A stretch of 54,244 bases of DNA from a virus (lineage: Duplodnaviria > Caudoviricetes), in the IMG/VR virus record IMGVR_UViG_3300025000_000132, positions 1 to 54,244 of that record; one strand, given 5' to 3'. The first letter of the stretch is position 1. Every line of letters starts with the position of its first letter. Both the position numbers and the translations under genes were made by a program. The notes beneath the pieces were generated by a model. The model was not told the origin of the DNA. It made no database searches and was given only the letters and a program-made list of their open reading frames with translations. Below are positions 16,784 to 26,019 of this stretch, piece by piece.

Positions 16784-17899
16784 ATGAACGACCTGATGAT
16801 CCCCGACAAGTCCTCAATCCCGAGCTACATTCTTGACCCGACCCTCGCCAAGCAGGCCAACGACGAGGCAGCTGCCGGCATTTCCACTGGGATGCCTCCC
16901 AGAGTAAAGCTGTCGATGAAACAGTTCAAGATCGTCGACGCTGCCGGGGAAGAAACCCTGTTCCCGCCGAGCAAAATGATTATCGGCCCTGATGAAAATT
17001 CATACTTGCCGGTGGTCGTGCTTCGCGCCAAGAAACCCTTGCAGAAAGCATGGTATGCCACGGCCTACAACCCCAACGAAGACGGCAAACAGCCTGATTG
17101 TTTCTCTACCGACAGCGAACGGCCGGACCCGACCTCTCTGGCAGTGCAGAGCGACCTCTGTGCCACCTGCCCTCACAATCAGTTCGGCAGTGCAGTAGAC
17201 CAAAGCGGTAACGCCATGAAGGGCAAGGCCTGCGCCGATAGTAAGATCCTGGCCGTGTTCGTCCCCGGCAGCAGGAAAGTAGAGACCGACCCGAAGGTCT
17301 ACCAGTTTAAACTTCCGCCGGCGTCGCTGAAAAACTTCGGCATGTACGTCAAGCAGCTGTCGTCTGCAGGCATTCCGCTCGGCACTGCCCAGACCCTGGT
17401 CGGATTTGACCAGGCCAAAGACAACCCTGTACTGATCTTCAAGTTCGGCGGTTTCCTGCCTGAAGCCTCCCTGCCCAAACTGGCTGAGATGGCAGCCCTG
17501 CCGGAGACCGAGGACATCATCGGCGGGTTCAATGCCCCTGCCTTGCCGGCGCCTCCGGTTACTCGACAGCTTGCCGACGCACCTCCTCCGACCACTGACT
17601 TCGCAGAGGCCCAGGCCAAAGCTGATGCAGAAGCAAAAGTCAAGGCCGACGAGGCTGCTGCCGCCAAGTCCAAAGCCGAGAAAGCCGCGGCTACCAAGGC
17701 AGCCAAAGCCAAGGCTGCTGCCGAGGCCAAAGCCAAGGCGGACGCTGAAGCTGCCGCTGCAGCGCAGGGTGGAGGGGAGTTGCTGGACGACCTCGGTCTT
17801 GATCTCGGCTCGGTCCCATCTGCTGTCGCAGCCCCTGCCGCCGCAGCCTCCCCGGGCGAAGTGACTGATGACCAGTTGATGAAAGACCTCGGTCTGTAA
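16784..17899 (+). CDS. Putative ssDNA-binding / annealing protein
   Basis: PDCFS..CATCPHNQFGS..GKAC motifs, Ala/Lys-rich linker, acidic tail; sits in the replication module. Confidence 0.6.
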   Translation: MNDLMIPDKSSIPSYILDPTLAKQANDEAAAGISTGMPPRVKLSMKQFKIVDAAGEETLFPPSKMIIGPDENSYLPVVVLRAKKPLQKAWYATAYNPNEDGKQPDCFSTDSERPDPTSLAVQSDLCATCPHNQFGSAVDQSGNAMKGKACADSKILAVFVPGSRKVETDPKVYQFKLPPASLKNFGMYVKQLSSAGIPLGTAQTLVGFDQAKDNPVLIFKFGGFLPEASLPKLAEMAALPETEDIIGGFNAPALPAPPVTRQLADAPPPTTDFAEAQAKADAEAKVKADEAAAAKSKAEKAAATKAAKAKAAAEAKAKADAEAAAAAQGGGELLDDLGLDLGSVPSAVAAPAAAASPGEVTDDQLMKDLGL

Positions 17900-17958
17900 G
17901 ATAACCCTTCCGGCAGGGGCAGACCATCGCTCCTGCCTCTAAACTATTGGAGTCACCG

Positions 17959-18384
17959 ATGAACAAATCAGATATAGCAGCAATAACCAGATCAGCAGAA
18001 AAGGTTAAGACGTGTGTACTTGGGAAGATCGAAGCTGATATAAACGCACGGTTACCTAAGAAGCCGAGAGAACTGGATGCTTGGGATAAATACAGACTGA
18101 TCTGTGATGGGTCCGCAGAACTTATAAGAACCTTCAAAGCTAAAGATCTCATAGACAGATATACGTCTGACAAAGTTCTGCTGACTCAGGCGTTTACATA
18201 TCCAGTAACGGAAGAGAAGTCTCAATACGACCAAGCTGTAGCGGCCATACAGTCAGAGAAAGCTGACCGAGAACTCGCAGTGGAACTAGCCTTCAACCGC
18301 GCAGTCGACGAGTGTACTCTCGGTCTTCTGGACAGAAAAGACTTCCTTGATACTATTGAGAAGATGGCCAACCAGCAGTGGTAG
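17959..18384 (+). CDS. Hypothetical protein
   Basis: GGAG RBS before ATG 17959. Confidence 0.6.
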   Translation: MNKSDIAAITRSAEKVKTCVLGKIEADINARLPKKPRELDAWDKYRLICDGSAELIRTFKAKDLIDRYTSDKVLLTQAFTYPVTEEKSQYDQAVAAIQSEKADRELAVELAFNRAVDECTLGLLDRKDFLDTIEKMANQQW

Positions 18385-18415
18385 AAGCACAACCTTAAGA
18401 GAGAAGAGAGCCCCC

Positions 18416-18709
18416 ATGTCAGAAGCAACGAAACAAAAAGTAGACTTCATCTTCCGCATCATCGAGGTTGCCGAGATGAAGCAGGTAGATTTTTCCTATA
18501 TCACCGGCATCTCCCGGGAGACCATCCACCGCTGGAAAAAAGGGCACAACGTAGCGGATCAGCTCAGGCTCACGAGGGCGTACTGGTACGCGCAGATGAT
18601 TCAGAGGGGCTGCAAGGCCGGCCGGTTCCCGCTGCCTGAAAAACTCAAGACGGCTGAGCGCCAAGCACTCCTGAAGAAAATCGTTGCGGAAATGTCACGT
18701 CCCCAGTAG
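18416..18709 (+). CDS. HTH DNA-binding protein
   Basis: MKQVDFSYITGISRETIHRWKKG. Confidence 0.7.
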   Translation: MSEATKQKVDFIFRIIEVAEMKQVDFSYITGISRETIHRWKKGHNVADQLRLTRAYWYAQMIQRGCKAGRFPLPEKLKTAERQALLKKIVAEMSRPQ

Positions 18710-18749
18710 GTAAAGCACTACACATATAACCTACTAGTGGAGGTGATCG

Positions 18750-21623
18750 ATGTTTCTGCACAGGCTCCTTCCCGGAGAAGGGTATTATTGCGTCGCAATG
18801 CTGTTGCCTGGAGGCGGTTTCCGTCACCACTTCCATGCCGACCTCGACGCCGCGGTAGCCAACCTCCTCGCCTTGGATAAAGGCGGCAATACCGTTTACA
18901 TAACTCAGGCTGCGTTCAGCCCTGAGAAGATCAAAGAGGCCCAGGCGCATAACCGCTCGTTGCCGAGGGGGCTGCCGAAAGACGAGTATAAGAAACTCGC
19001 CATGAAGACCAGGAGCCAGGTCAATACCCTGACCCTGAAGAACTTCTTTCTCGACATCGACTGCGGCGAGAAGTGGCCACTGAAGAACCAGCGCGAAGGG
19101 TGCAAAGCACTGCAGCAATTCATCGCCGAGACCGGCCTGCCGATGCCCGCCGTGGTCAACTCCGGCAACGGCCTCTATGCCCACTGGATCCTTACCGAGC
19201 CGATCCCCACGGCGCAGTGGCAGACCGTGGCCTACACTCTGAAGAAAGTCGTGGCAGCCTATGCTCCTGCGATCGGTGCCGACTCCTCCCGCACATCCGA
19301 CCCGGCCTCGGTCCTGCGCATCCCCGGCACGACCAATAGAAAGCCCGGCAAAGAGCCCAAGCCGGTACAGCTGATCCACGACCCGGGCGACGTCGACTTC
19401 GAGGAGTTCACCGCCCGCCTGCTGGCCGCAGCGCAGAAGAAAAAGGTACAGCACCAAGCCCTGCTGCCGCCGAAGGTCAACACCGACATCAACGCTGAGT
19501 TCTTCGTCCATGGCGACGTGCCCAGCGACGCCAACCTGATCGCCGACAAGTGTGCCCAGGTCGGCCAGATGCGAGCGACAGGGGGCAATATCAGCGAGCC
19601 TGTGTGGTATGCCTGCATCGGTGTCCTGGTCCACTGTGTCAACGGCCCGGAGATAGTTCATGCCTGGTCACAGGGGTACTCCGGCTACACCGTCACCGAG
19701 ACCGACGCCAAGATCCAGCAGTGGCGGGACGCAGGCGTAGGCCCGACGACCTGTGCCAAGCTCGGCTCAGAGAACGCCGGCGGCTGTATCGGCTGCCCGC
19801 ACAACGGCAAGATCAAGAGCCCGATCGTCCTCGGCCGGCCGGAGCCGGCGAAGAAAGAGGTGCCTGTCGAAGAGTGCGAGCCGCCGGCCGGCTACCGTCG
19901 CACCGAGGAAGGCCTATTCGCCGAGGAGGAAGGCCGCTGGGTGCGCTTCTATGACCAAGACCTGCACATATCCTGCCTCGCCTACGACGAGTCGCTGGGC
20001 TACGAGGTGACTACTCTCCGGCACCGGCTGCCGCACGAGGGCGAGATGGAGTGCACGATCAGATCGTCGCTGGTGCATGACCCCAAGGCACTGATGACCA
20101 TACTGTCAGACAATCATATCAAGGTGGTAGGCATGAACGAGAAGAAAAAGATGGTTGGCTACATCGAGTCGTACCAGGCAAAACTGCAGCGCAACCGGCG
20201 AATGACCCGCCTGCTCTGCCAGATGGGTTGGAAAGAGACCAGCGGCGGCAAACCGATGTTCGTCCATGGCCGCAAGATCTACCACGCCGACGGCTCCTGC
20301 GAAGAGGCGAGCCTGGCCCGCAACGTCCCGAAGTCGGCGGAGGGTTTCCGGCAGCAGGGCTCGCTTGAAAAGTGGTCTGCCGCCACCGAGGTCTTCAACA
20401 ACCGCGGCATGGAGCCGTTCGCTTTTGCCCTTCTGGCAGGGTTCGGCGCCCCGCTGATGAAGTTCACCGGCTTTGACGGCGCCCTGATCTCAATGGTCGG
20501 CGAGTCCGGCGCCGGCAAGACCCTGATGCTTCGATTCAACCAATCGATCTGGGGCTACCATAACGACCTGATGATGCTGAGGGACGACACGAAAAATGCG
20601 CTCGTGTCCAGGCTCGGGGTCTACGGCAACCTGCCGCTGGTGGTCGACGAGGTGACCAACATGCCGGGGATTGAGATCAGCGACTTCGTCTATAAGGTAA
20701 CCCAGGGGCGGGACAAGGCACGGCTGACCAAGAACTCCGAGGAACGCAAGCTGATCAACGCCTGGAACACCCTGGCCGTGACCTCATCGAACGCCTCCTT
20801 GATCGACAAACTCTCCGAACTCAAGCACGACGCATCCGCCGAGATCAACCGGGTTTTCGAGTACCCGGTGCCGGAGATGGACTGCTTCAAGGGGCAGGTC
20901 GCCTCGCAGACTTACTGGACCATCCATGAGAACTTCGGACATGCTGGCGAGGTCTACGCCAAGTACCTGGTCCGCAACATCGACGTGGTCAAATTCGCCA
21001 TCGACAAGATGCGGGAGAAGATTGACCTGCGGGCGAAGGTACGGGGAGATGAGAGGTATTGGTCGGCCGTTGCTTCGGCGTCTCTAGTCGGCGGAGCGAT
21101 CGCCAAGTCACTGGGGCTGATCAAGTTCGATGTGGTGCCGACGATGGAGTGGGTGATCAAGGTGATCCGCAACATGCGCGGCGACAAGGACGACCTAGTC
21201 GGTGACCCGGTCGGCATCCTCGGCCAGTTCCTCGACGAACACGCCTCCAACCGTCTGCTGGTCAAGGGCGACTACCGGCCACGTGGGATCTGTACGATCA
21301 TCGAAGCCCCGCGGGGACCGCTGCTGATTCGCTACGAACTAGACAGTAAGATCCTCTACCTGTCCCGGGCAGCGTTCAAGACCTGGGTCGCTCGCCGGTT
21401 CGGGTCCTATACCCAGATCAAGACCGAACTTGAGAAGAAGAAAATCCTGCGGGACGCCAACAAGCCGAAGTGCCTGGGGTCGAACACCTTTTATGACTCA
21501 GCCTCGCAACCCTGCTGGATGATCGACATGAAGAACCCTAAACTGGGGGCGGTGGTGGAGAACTTGGTGGAGGTAGCTGCTGCGCTGGCGAAGGCGCCTC
21601 TGAGTGTAGCTGGTAAGAGATAG
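18750..21623 (+). CDS. Primase-helicase (AEP/RepB-like primase, PriCT-like, DUF927 and P-loop domains)
   Basis: FLDIDC, NSGNGLYAHW, LRIPGT, C..CIGCPH, Walker A GESGAGKT, Walker B VVDE. Confidence 0.85.
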   Translation: MFLHRLLPGEGYYCVAMLLPGGGFRHHFHADLDAAVANLLALDKGGNTVYITQAAFSPEKIKEAQAHNRSLPRGLPKDEYKKLAMKTRSQVNTLTLKNFFLDIDCGEKWPLKNQREGCKALQQFIAETGLPMPAVVNSGNGLYAHWILTEPIPTAQWQTVAYTLKKVVAAYAPAIGADSSRTSDPASVLRIPGTTNRKPGKEPKPVQLIHDPGDVDFEEFTARLLAAAQKKKVQHQALLPPKVNTDINAEFFVHGDVPSDANLIADKCAQVGQMRATGGNISEPVWYACIGVLVHCVNGPEIVHAWSQGYSGYTVTETDAKIQQWRDAGVGPTTCAKLGSENAGGCIGCPHNGKIKSPIVLGRPEPAKKEVPVEECEPPAGYRRTEEGLFAEEEGRWVRFYDQDLHISCLAYDESLGYEVTTLRHRLPHEGEMECTIRSSLVHDPKALMTILSDNHIKVVGMNEKKKMVGYIESYQAKLQRNRRMTRLLCQMGWKETSGGKPMFVHGRKIYHADGSCEEASLARNVPKSAEGFRQQGSLEKWSAATEVFNNRGMEPFAFALLAGFGAPLMKFTGFDGALISMVGESGAGKTLMLRFNQSIWGYHNDLMMLRDDTKNALVSRLGVYGNLPLVVDEVTNMPGIEISDFVYKVTQGRDKARLTKNSEERKLINAWNTLAVTSSNASLIDKLSELKHDASAEINRVFEYPVPEMDCFKGQVASQTYWTIHENFGHAGEVYAKYLVRNIDVVKFAIDKMREKIDLRAKVRGDERYWSAVASASLVGGAIAKSLGLIKFDVVPTMEWVIKVIRNMRGDKDDLVGDPVGILGQFLDEHASNRLLVKGDYRPRGICTIIEAPRGPLLIRYELDSKILYLSRAAFKTWVARRFGSYTQIKTELEKKKILRDANKPKCLGSNTFYDSASQPCWMIDMKNPKLGAVVENLVEVAAALAKAPLSVAGKR

Positions 21624-21905
21624 AGGAGGGGGAGACGATGAAAAGACCGAGGCCGTACCCGATGGAGTATGTTCCGTCTATCTGCGAACCAGGGATGACT
21701 TGGAGCTGCATCACTCCCAGATGGTGCTCTTGGGTTCTGTATATTTGGAAAAGAGTCAGCGGCAAGGAAGTGCGTATAGACTGGGTAAGGAGATGAGTAT
21801 GAACCTCAAATGGTTTTTCAACCTGTTCACAAAGAAGCCCCGTCGGGATCTCGGCTACCTGCGGAAACTTATGAAGGTCGCATCAACTGCTATAACGAGG
21901 GTGTC

Positions 21906-22253
21906 ATGAAAATAATTATTGCCGGGGGAAGAGATTTCAAAAATGCCTCGTTACTGGCTACCACAATGGATACCATACTCAGAGGAGTTGAGACAGTGAC
22001 TATCGTATCCGGAGGAGCCAGAGGTGCCGACAGCTTGGGAGAGTGGTATGCCGGCTGCCACAATATTCCGGTAACCATCTTCAAAGCAGACTGGGGTAAG
22101 TATGGAAAGAGTGCTGGGTATAGGCGAAACGAAGAGATGGCGCAGAACGCCGACGCTCTTGTTGCCTTCTGGAATGGCAAGTCAAAGGGTACAAAGCACA
22201 TGATCGACTTGGCGAAGAAGGCTGGACTGACAACCACAATTATCAGCTATTGA
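21906..22253 (+). CDS. SLOG (YspA/DUF2493-like) protein
   Basis: MKIIIAGGRDF..VSGGARGAD..AGYRRN..SKGTKHMI. Confidence 0.85.
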   Translation: MKIIIAGGRDFKNASLLATTMDTILRGVETVTIVSGGARGADSLGEWYAGCHNIPVTIFKADWGKYGKSAGYRRNEEMAQNADALVAFWNGKSKGTKHMIDLAKKAGLTTTIISY

Positions 22254-22260
22254 GGTCACA

Positions 22261-23994
22261 ATGCGCATAATCAAACCAAGCGTTGAATATTTTGGAGCAG
22301 TACCGACAGAATATAATGCTGCACTTAAGTTCATCGAGATGGCAGGTAGGACCTGCTACCGCTCAGAGGACAAGATCACTGAAGATAGTGCCGAGGGGTT
22401 CGTCCGGAAACTGATCAAGGCTGGACATCTGGCTATGGTTGAACACTCGAATTTTGTGGTGCGCCACCGAGACCACGACAACGATGCCATGGTAAAAGCG
22501 ATGATCGCTGCCGGCAAATTCCTCACTGTACGCCGAGACTCGGATTACTTGTATGTAGGTGGCAACCTTACTGCTTGGTACCAGAGAGAAATGGGCATGG
22601 ACGAAACCTTGTTTGAACCGTTCCTTCGGCAGTACGACGTACTATTTGAGGTAGGAGACGAGTTTGACACAGCATTCAATGCTGCCGTCGAGCCTAGTTT
22701 TGGATGGACCATCTGCCCCCACGACGAAATCCCCAAGGAACTCCATCGTTACTCAGCAAAATTCATCTGTGATCGTGGTGTCAGCCATGAACTGGTGCGG
22801 CATAGGCCATGCTCTTTTGCTCAGGAAAGTACGAGGTATGTATCGTCTATAAATACTGAGGTAACCGCGGGTACACAGGAAGACGTAGTGTCACTGTACG
22901 AAGCAGGCATGTCCATGCGGCAAGTGTCCGAAAAATCCCTCGGCCTATTTACAGAATGGGACGTATACAAAATTCTCGTAGCCCATGATGTCGATAGAAG
23001 ACCGCTAGGTAATACTGGTCCAGTGGCGCATGACTTTTTCAATGTAATAGACTCAGTAGAAAAGTCGTATCTTCTTGGAGTGATACAGGCTGATGGAAGT
23101 ATCAGGGCAACAGACTCCCCCCAAATATCCATAACTCAGCATAAAGAGTATGCATGGTATCTGCACAGGATGGTTACCCAGTTTCTTCGCCCCTCTGCCA
23201 TGTGCAGCGCAGACAAAAATTGTAACCAAATTACAGTGACCTCCCCACAACTGAAAGACGATCTTTGCCGGGTAGGTATAATACCAAACAAGTCTTACGA
23301 CCAAACAGAGGAAGATATATCCAAATTGTGGGAAGCGGTACCGCCCGGCTTACTGCCGAGTTTTATCAGAGGATTCTTGGACGGGGATGGAGGAGTAAGA
23401 TTTTTCAAGCAAAAGAACAAAGGAGCTACCGACTCCTGCAATATAAATTGGAGCGGAAACCTTTTTCTTCTGCAAAGAATACAGCAATGGATCTTCGACA
23501 ATTTTTCCTATAATGCGCCGCTGTCTCCGGACGCAGTCAGCAAGAATATGTATCGGTTGCGAGTTACTTCGCCGACAGTAGGGAGGCAGCTTGTGACCCT
23601 TTTGCTTGAAGGGTTTACCTACCCATATGGTCACCCAGAGAAGACAGCACGAATGATGGAAGGCATAGGATTGTACGATTTTCCTGTCAATGTTTTTGGT
23701 GATGAAAAATTCATAATTGCGCAACCGTCTTGGTTATTTGAAGAAGGCCCGAGAGCACTGTGGACTTTTCTGAAAGCTATGGACCAGTCTGAGAGATCGT
23801 ATGAGTACATGCGTAGGAATGGGCTCTCCCCCCAACAAGCCCGAGCCGTCCTGCCTAATGCCCTGAAGACCGAGATCGTAGTCACGGCCGATGCGGCTGA
23901 GTGGGCGCATATCAGGAAACTGCGAACAGCGAAATCAGCCCATCCGGATATGCAGCGAATAATGAATATGATGCCTTGGGAGGAGTTTTTATGA
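22261..23994 (+). CDS. thyX: Flavin-dependent thymidylate synthase with an in-frame LAGLIDADG insertion
   Basis: AGRTCY..GH...EH, RGVSHELVRHRPCSFAQESTRY, ARAVLPN..T, LR..AHPDM. Confidence 0.9.
   Translation: MRIIKPSVEYFGAVPTEYNAALKFIEMAGRTCYRSEDKITEDSAEGFVRKLIKAGHLAMVEHSNFVVRHRDHDNDAMVKAMIAAGKFLTVRRDSDYLYVGGNLTAWYQREMGMDETLFEPFLRQYDVLFEVGDEFDTAFNAAVEPSFGWTICPHDEIPKELHRYSAKFICDRGVSHELVRHRPCSFAQESTRYVSSINTEVTAGTQEDVVSLYEAGMSMRQVSEKSLGLFTEWDVYKILVAHDVDRRPLGNTGPVAHDFFNVIDSVEKSYLLGVIQADGSIRATDSPQISITQHKEYAWYLHRMVTQFLRPSAMCSADKNCNQITVTSPQLKDDLCRVGIIPNKSYDQTEEDISKLWEAVPPGLLPSFIRGFLDGDGGVRFFKQKNKGATDSCNINWSGNLFLLQRIQQWIFDNFSYNAPLSPDAVSKNMYRLRVTSPTVGRQLVTLLLEGFTYPYGHPEKTARMMEGIGLYDFPVNVFGDEKFIIAQPSWLFEEGPRALWTFLKAMDQSERSYEYMRRNGLSPQQARAVLPNALKTEIVVTADAAEWAHIRKLRTAKSAHPDMQRIMNMMPWEEFL
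22843..23685 (+). mobile_element. Two-motif LAGLIDADG homing endonuclease inserted in thyX (boundaries approximate)
   Basis: YLLGVIQADG (23068-23097), FIRGFLDGDG (23362-23391), GIIPNKS, N-terminal HTH-like segment; no Hint motifs. Confidence 0.82.
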
Positions 23995-24224
23995 GTGAGA
24001 TATCTGAGCAGGAAGCCAGAGAGTTTGCAGGCCTTGACGATGACCCAGAAAGATTGAAAGTCAATGCCTTGATAGAAAAGGCCATACAGCATGTATTTGA
24101 TCTGTGCAGCGGTAAAGAACGCTGGACAATGCGAGTGCCGGTGGACGAGCAACGTGACTCCGACATCATCATTACGACGGCATTGACTGCTGCAAAGAAA
24201 TATATAAACGAGAGGAACCCATGA
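23991..24224 (+). CDS. Small hypothetical protein
   Basis: GGAGGAG RBS; ATGA overlaps on both sides. Confidence 0.6.
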   Translation: MSEISEQEAREFAGLDDDPERLKVNALIEKAIQHVFDLCSGKERWTMRVPVDEQRDSDIIITTALTAAKKYINERNP

Positions 24225-24400
24225 CCCTCCTAAAATTCATATCTACCCACCGCATCCAAGGCGCGCTGCTGCGCGAATTTATCAGCAAGGAGTTATGGAA
24301 ACCGGCAATAGTGTCTTGCGACTCTCTGATTGTTGAACGAGAGATGGAGATCGAAAAACTTAAAGAGCTGAAGTCAATGCTCGAAAAGGAGGTTGGGTGA
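24221..24400 (+). CDS. Small hypothetical protein (59 aa, not in ORF track)
   Basis: GAGG RBS, MTLLKFIST..EKEVG, fills the gap with overlapping stop/start codons. Confidence 0.55.
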   Translation: MTLLKFISTHRIQGALLREFISKELWKPAIVSCDSLIVEREMEIEKLKELKSMLEKEVG

Positions 24401-25278
24401 TGAAAATACGCTGCACCAAGCATGGTGATTGGGACACTGACTGGGTAACGGTAAACGTCTGCCCTCATTGTTATGCTGAAGAGCTGGTAGGCCCAGCCAA
24501 ACGCTGCCCTGTGCACCACAAGGACTTCACCGAGGCAAGTTGCCCGGAATGTGTGGATGAATCCACATCACGTCTCATACAGAATTGGAAGGAAAGAGTA
24601 GAGACCGCCGTCGCTGAAGAGTTCGACCCCAACGGCAAGGCACTACGATCTGGATATGGATTAGTGGAAACAGACGCAGCAGGTAATCCTGTGCTGCTTC
24701 CTGATCAGTGGTATTGCAGGATGCACGGAGTGTACGAGCCTCCAGCAGATGGACCTTCGACGTATGCAGGGTATGGATATCACCGTGTGGCCTGTCCCCT
24801 GTGTGCGGCCGCCGGTGTCCAGGTACAACTCGATGCTGAGAAAAAGATCTGTGAGCCACTGGAGGGGCGGAAAGGAGACTTGGAAGTCAGGTGCAAATCT
24901 TCTTTGGAGTTCGACCCCAACGGCAAGAAAGCAAGCGACCCCGGCAGTAAGCTCGACGGCGGCAAGCTCTTGGCTGGAGAGCTTGTCTTGTCGTTCCCTC
25001 GTGCCTTAGAGGCACTGGTGCAGGTTGCCACATACGGCGCTGGTAAATACTCAAGACATGGATTCTTGCAGGTACCCAATGCTGAGGTCCGCTACCTTGA
25101 CGCCTGCATGCGACATCTTTTAAAGTACGGCCAAGGTGAACACCTCGACCTGGAGAGCGGTCTGCCACATATCGACCACGCACTGTGGAACGTTGCTGCC
25201 ATTGTGGAGCTTGGGAGGCGGAAAGAGCAAACAAAAACCCCTCCCGAAGCAGCTGCACCACCGCCAGGAAGGGGTTAA
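24397..25278 (+). CDS. dATP/dGTP diphosphohydrolase (DUF5664-like) with N-terminal Cys/His zinc-ribbon repeats
   Basis: GSKLDGGK..ALEALVQVATYGAGKY..YLDACMRH..DLESGLPHIDHALWN. Confidence 0.8.
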   Translation: MMKIRCTKHGDWDTDWVTVNVCPHCYAEELVGPAKRCPVHHKDFTEASCPECVDESTSRLIQNWKERVETAVAEEFDPNGKALRSGYGLVETDAAGNPVLLPDQWYCRMHGVYEPPADGPSTYAGYGYHRVACPLCAAAGVQVQLDAEKKICEPLEGRKGDLEVRCKSSLEFDPNGKKASDPGSKLDGGKLLAGELVLSFPRALEALVQVATYGAGKYSRHGFLQVPNAEVRYLDACMRHLLKYGQGEHLDLESGLPHIDHALWNVAAIVELGRRKEQTKTPPEAAAPPPGRG

Positions 25279-25372
25279 TTTTTAGTCCCTGAGACCATTC
25301 CCGGGGACCACCATGTACAGTGAGAATCGTAACTCACTTTACTGAAGATGTCAAACCAAAAAGGAGAATACC

Positions 25373-25726
25373 ATGAACGTAAGACAGATCGCAGCAGTAT
25401 GTCACGAAGCGAACCGGGAACTCTGCAACGCCCTCGGCGACGGCAGCCAGAAGTCATGGGTCGAGGCGGAGGAGTGGCAGCGCACCAGCGCCATCAACAG
25501 GGTGCAGTTCTGCCTCGACAACCCCAACGCGGCGGCAAGCGCAAATCACAACGCCTGGCTCAAGGAGAAGAAAGAGTCCGGCTGGGTATACGGCGAGGTC
25601 AAGGACGCCGAGAAGAAAACCCACCCTTGCATGGTTACCTACAAGAAACTGCCGGCCGAGCAGCAGGCGAAGGACCACCTGTTCAAGGCTGTGGTTGGGG
25701 CGCTTGCGCCGTTGTTGAAGGAGTAG
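25373..25726 (+). CDS. RyR-domain protein
   Basis: HNAWLKEKKESGWVYGEVKDAEKKTHPCMVTYKKLP..KD. Confidence 0.85.
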   Translation: MNVRQIAAVCHEANRELCNALGDGSQKSWVEAEEWQRTSAINRVQFCLDNPNAAASANHNAWLKEKKESGWVYGEVKDAEKKTHPCMVTYKKLPAEQQAKDHLFKAVVGALAPLLKE

Positions 25727-25728
25727 AT

Positions 25729-26019
25729 ATGAAACCGTGTCCCTTTTGCGGTAAGGCACTAAAAGAATTATATGCTCCTGCGCACCGCCTTACTGACTTC
25801 GGATATCACTATCATTCGTGTCCGACTATAGGATGTATAGCATCCAGGATACAAGTTACCTACAATAACGAGGATGCATGGAATCGACGAACTCCTGCAT
25901 TAAAAACCGGAGAGCCATGCAGCCACCCTGGGTGCTTAAACCACATGACTCATCCGTGCGAAGGGTGTGGAAGAATAGGAGGAGTTACTCCATCATCGCA
26001 GGCACCTCGTATTGAGTAG
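25729..26019 (+). CDS. Lar-like (restriction alleviation) zinc-finger protein
   Basis: AAGGAG RBS; MKPCPFCG..CPTIGC..AWNRR. Confidence 0.6.
   Translation: MKPCPFCGKALKELYAPAHRLTDFGYHYHSCPTIGCIASRIQVTYNNEDAWNRRTPALKTGEPCSHPGCLNHMTHPCEGCGRIGGVTPSSQAPRIE

Noticed and set aside
17590-17765. Repetitive GCC/AAG-rich DNA
   Set aside because: Explained by the Ala/Lys-rich linker of the SSB-like protein
18645-19661. 338-aa - strand ORF opposite the primase
   Set aside because: Antisense shadow of a clearly coding gene
22843-23685. Calling the ThyX insertion a standard intein
   Set aside because: No block B, F or G motifs and no terminal Asn/Gln before Cys/Ser/Thr at the boundary; reported instead as a splice-less insertion
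21906-25278. A Z-base or 7-deazaguanine DNA modification pathway
   Set aside because: Only the diphosphohydrolase is present; no purZ, folE, queC, queD, queE or dpdA-like gene was recognised
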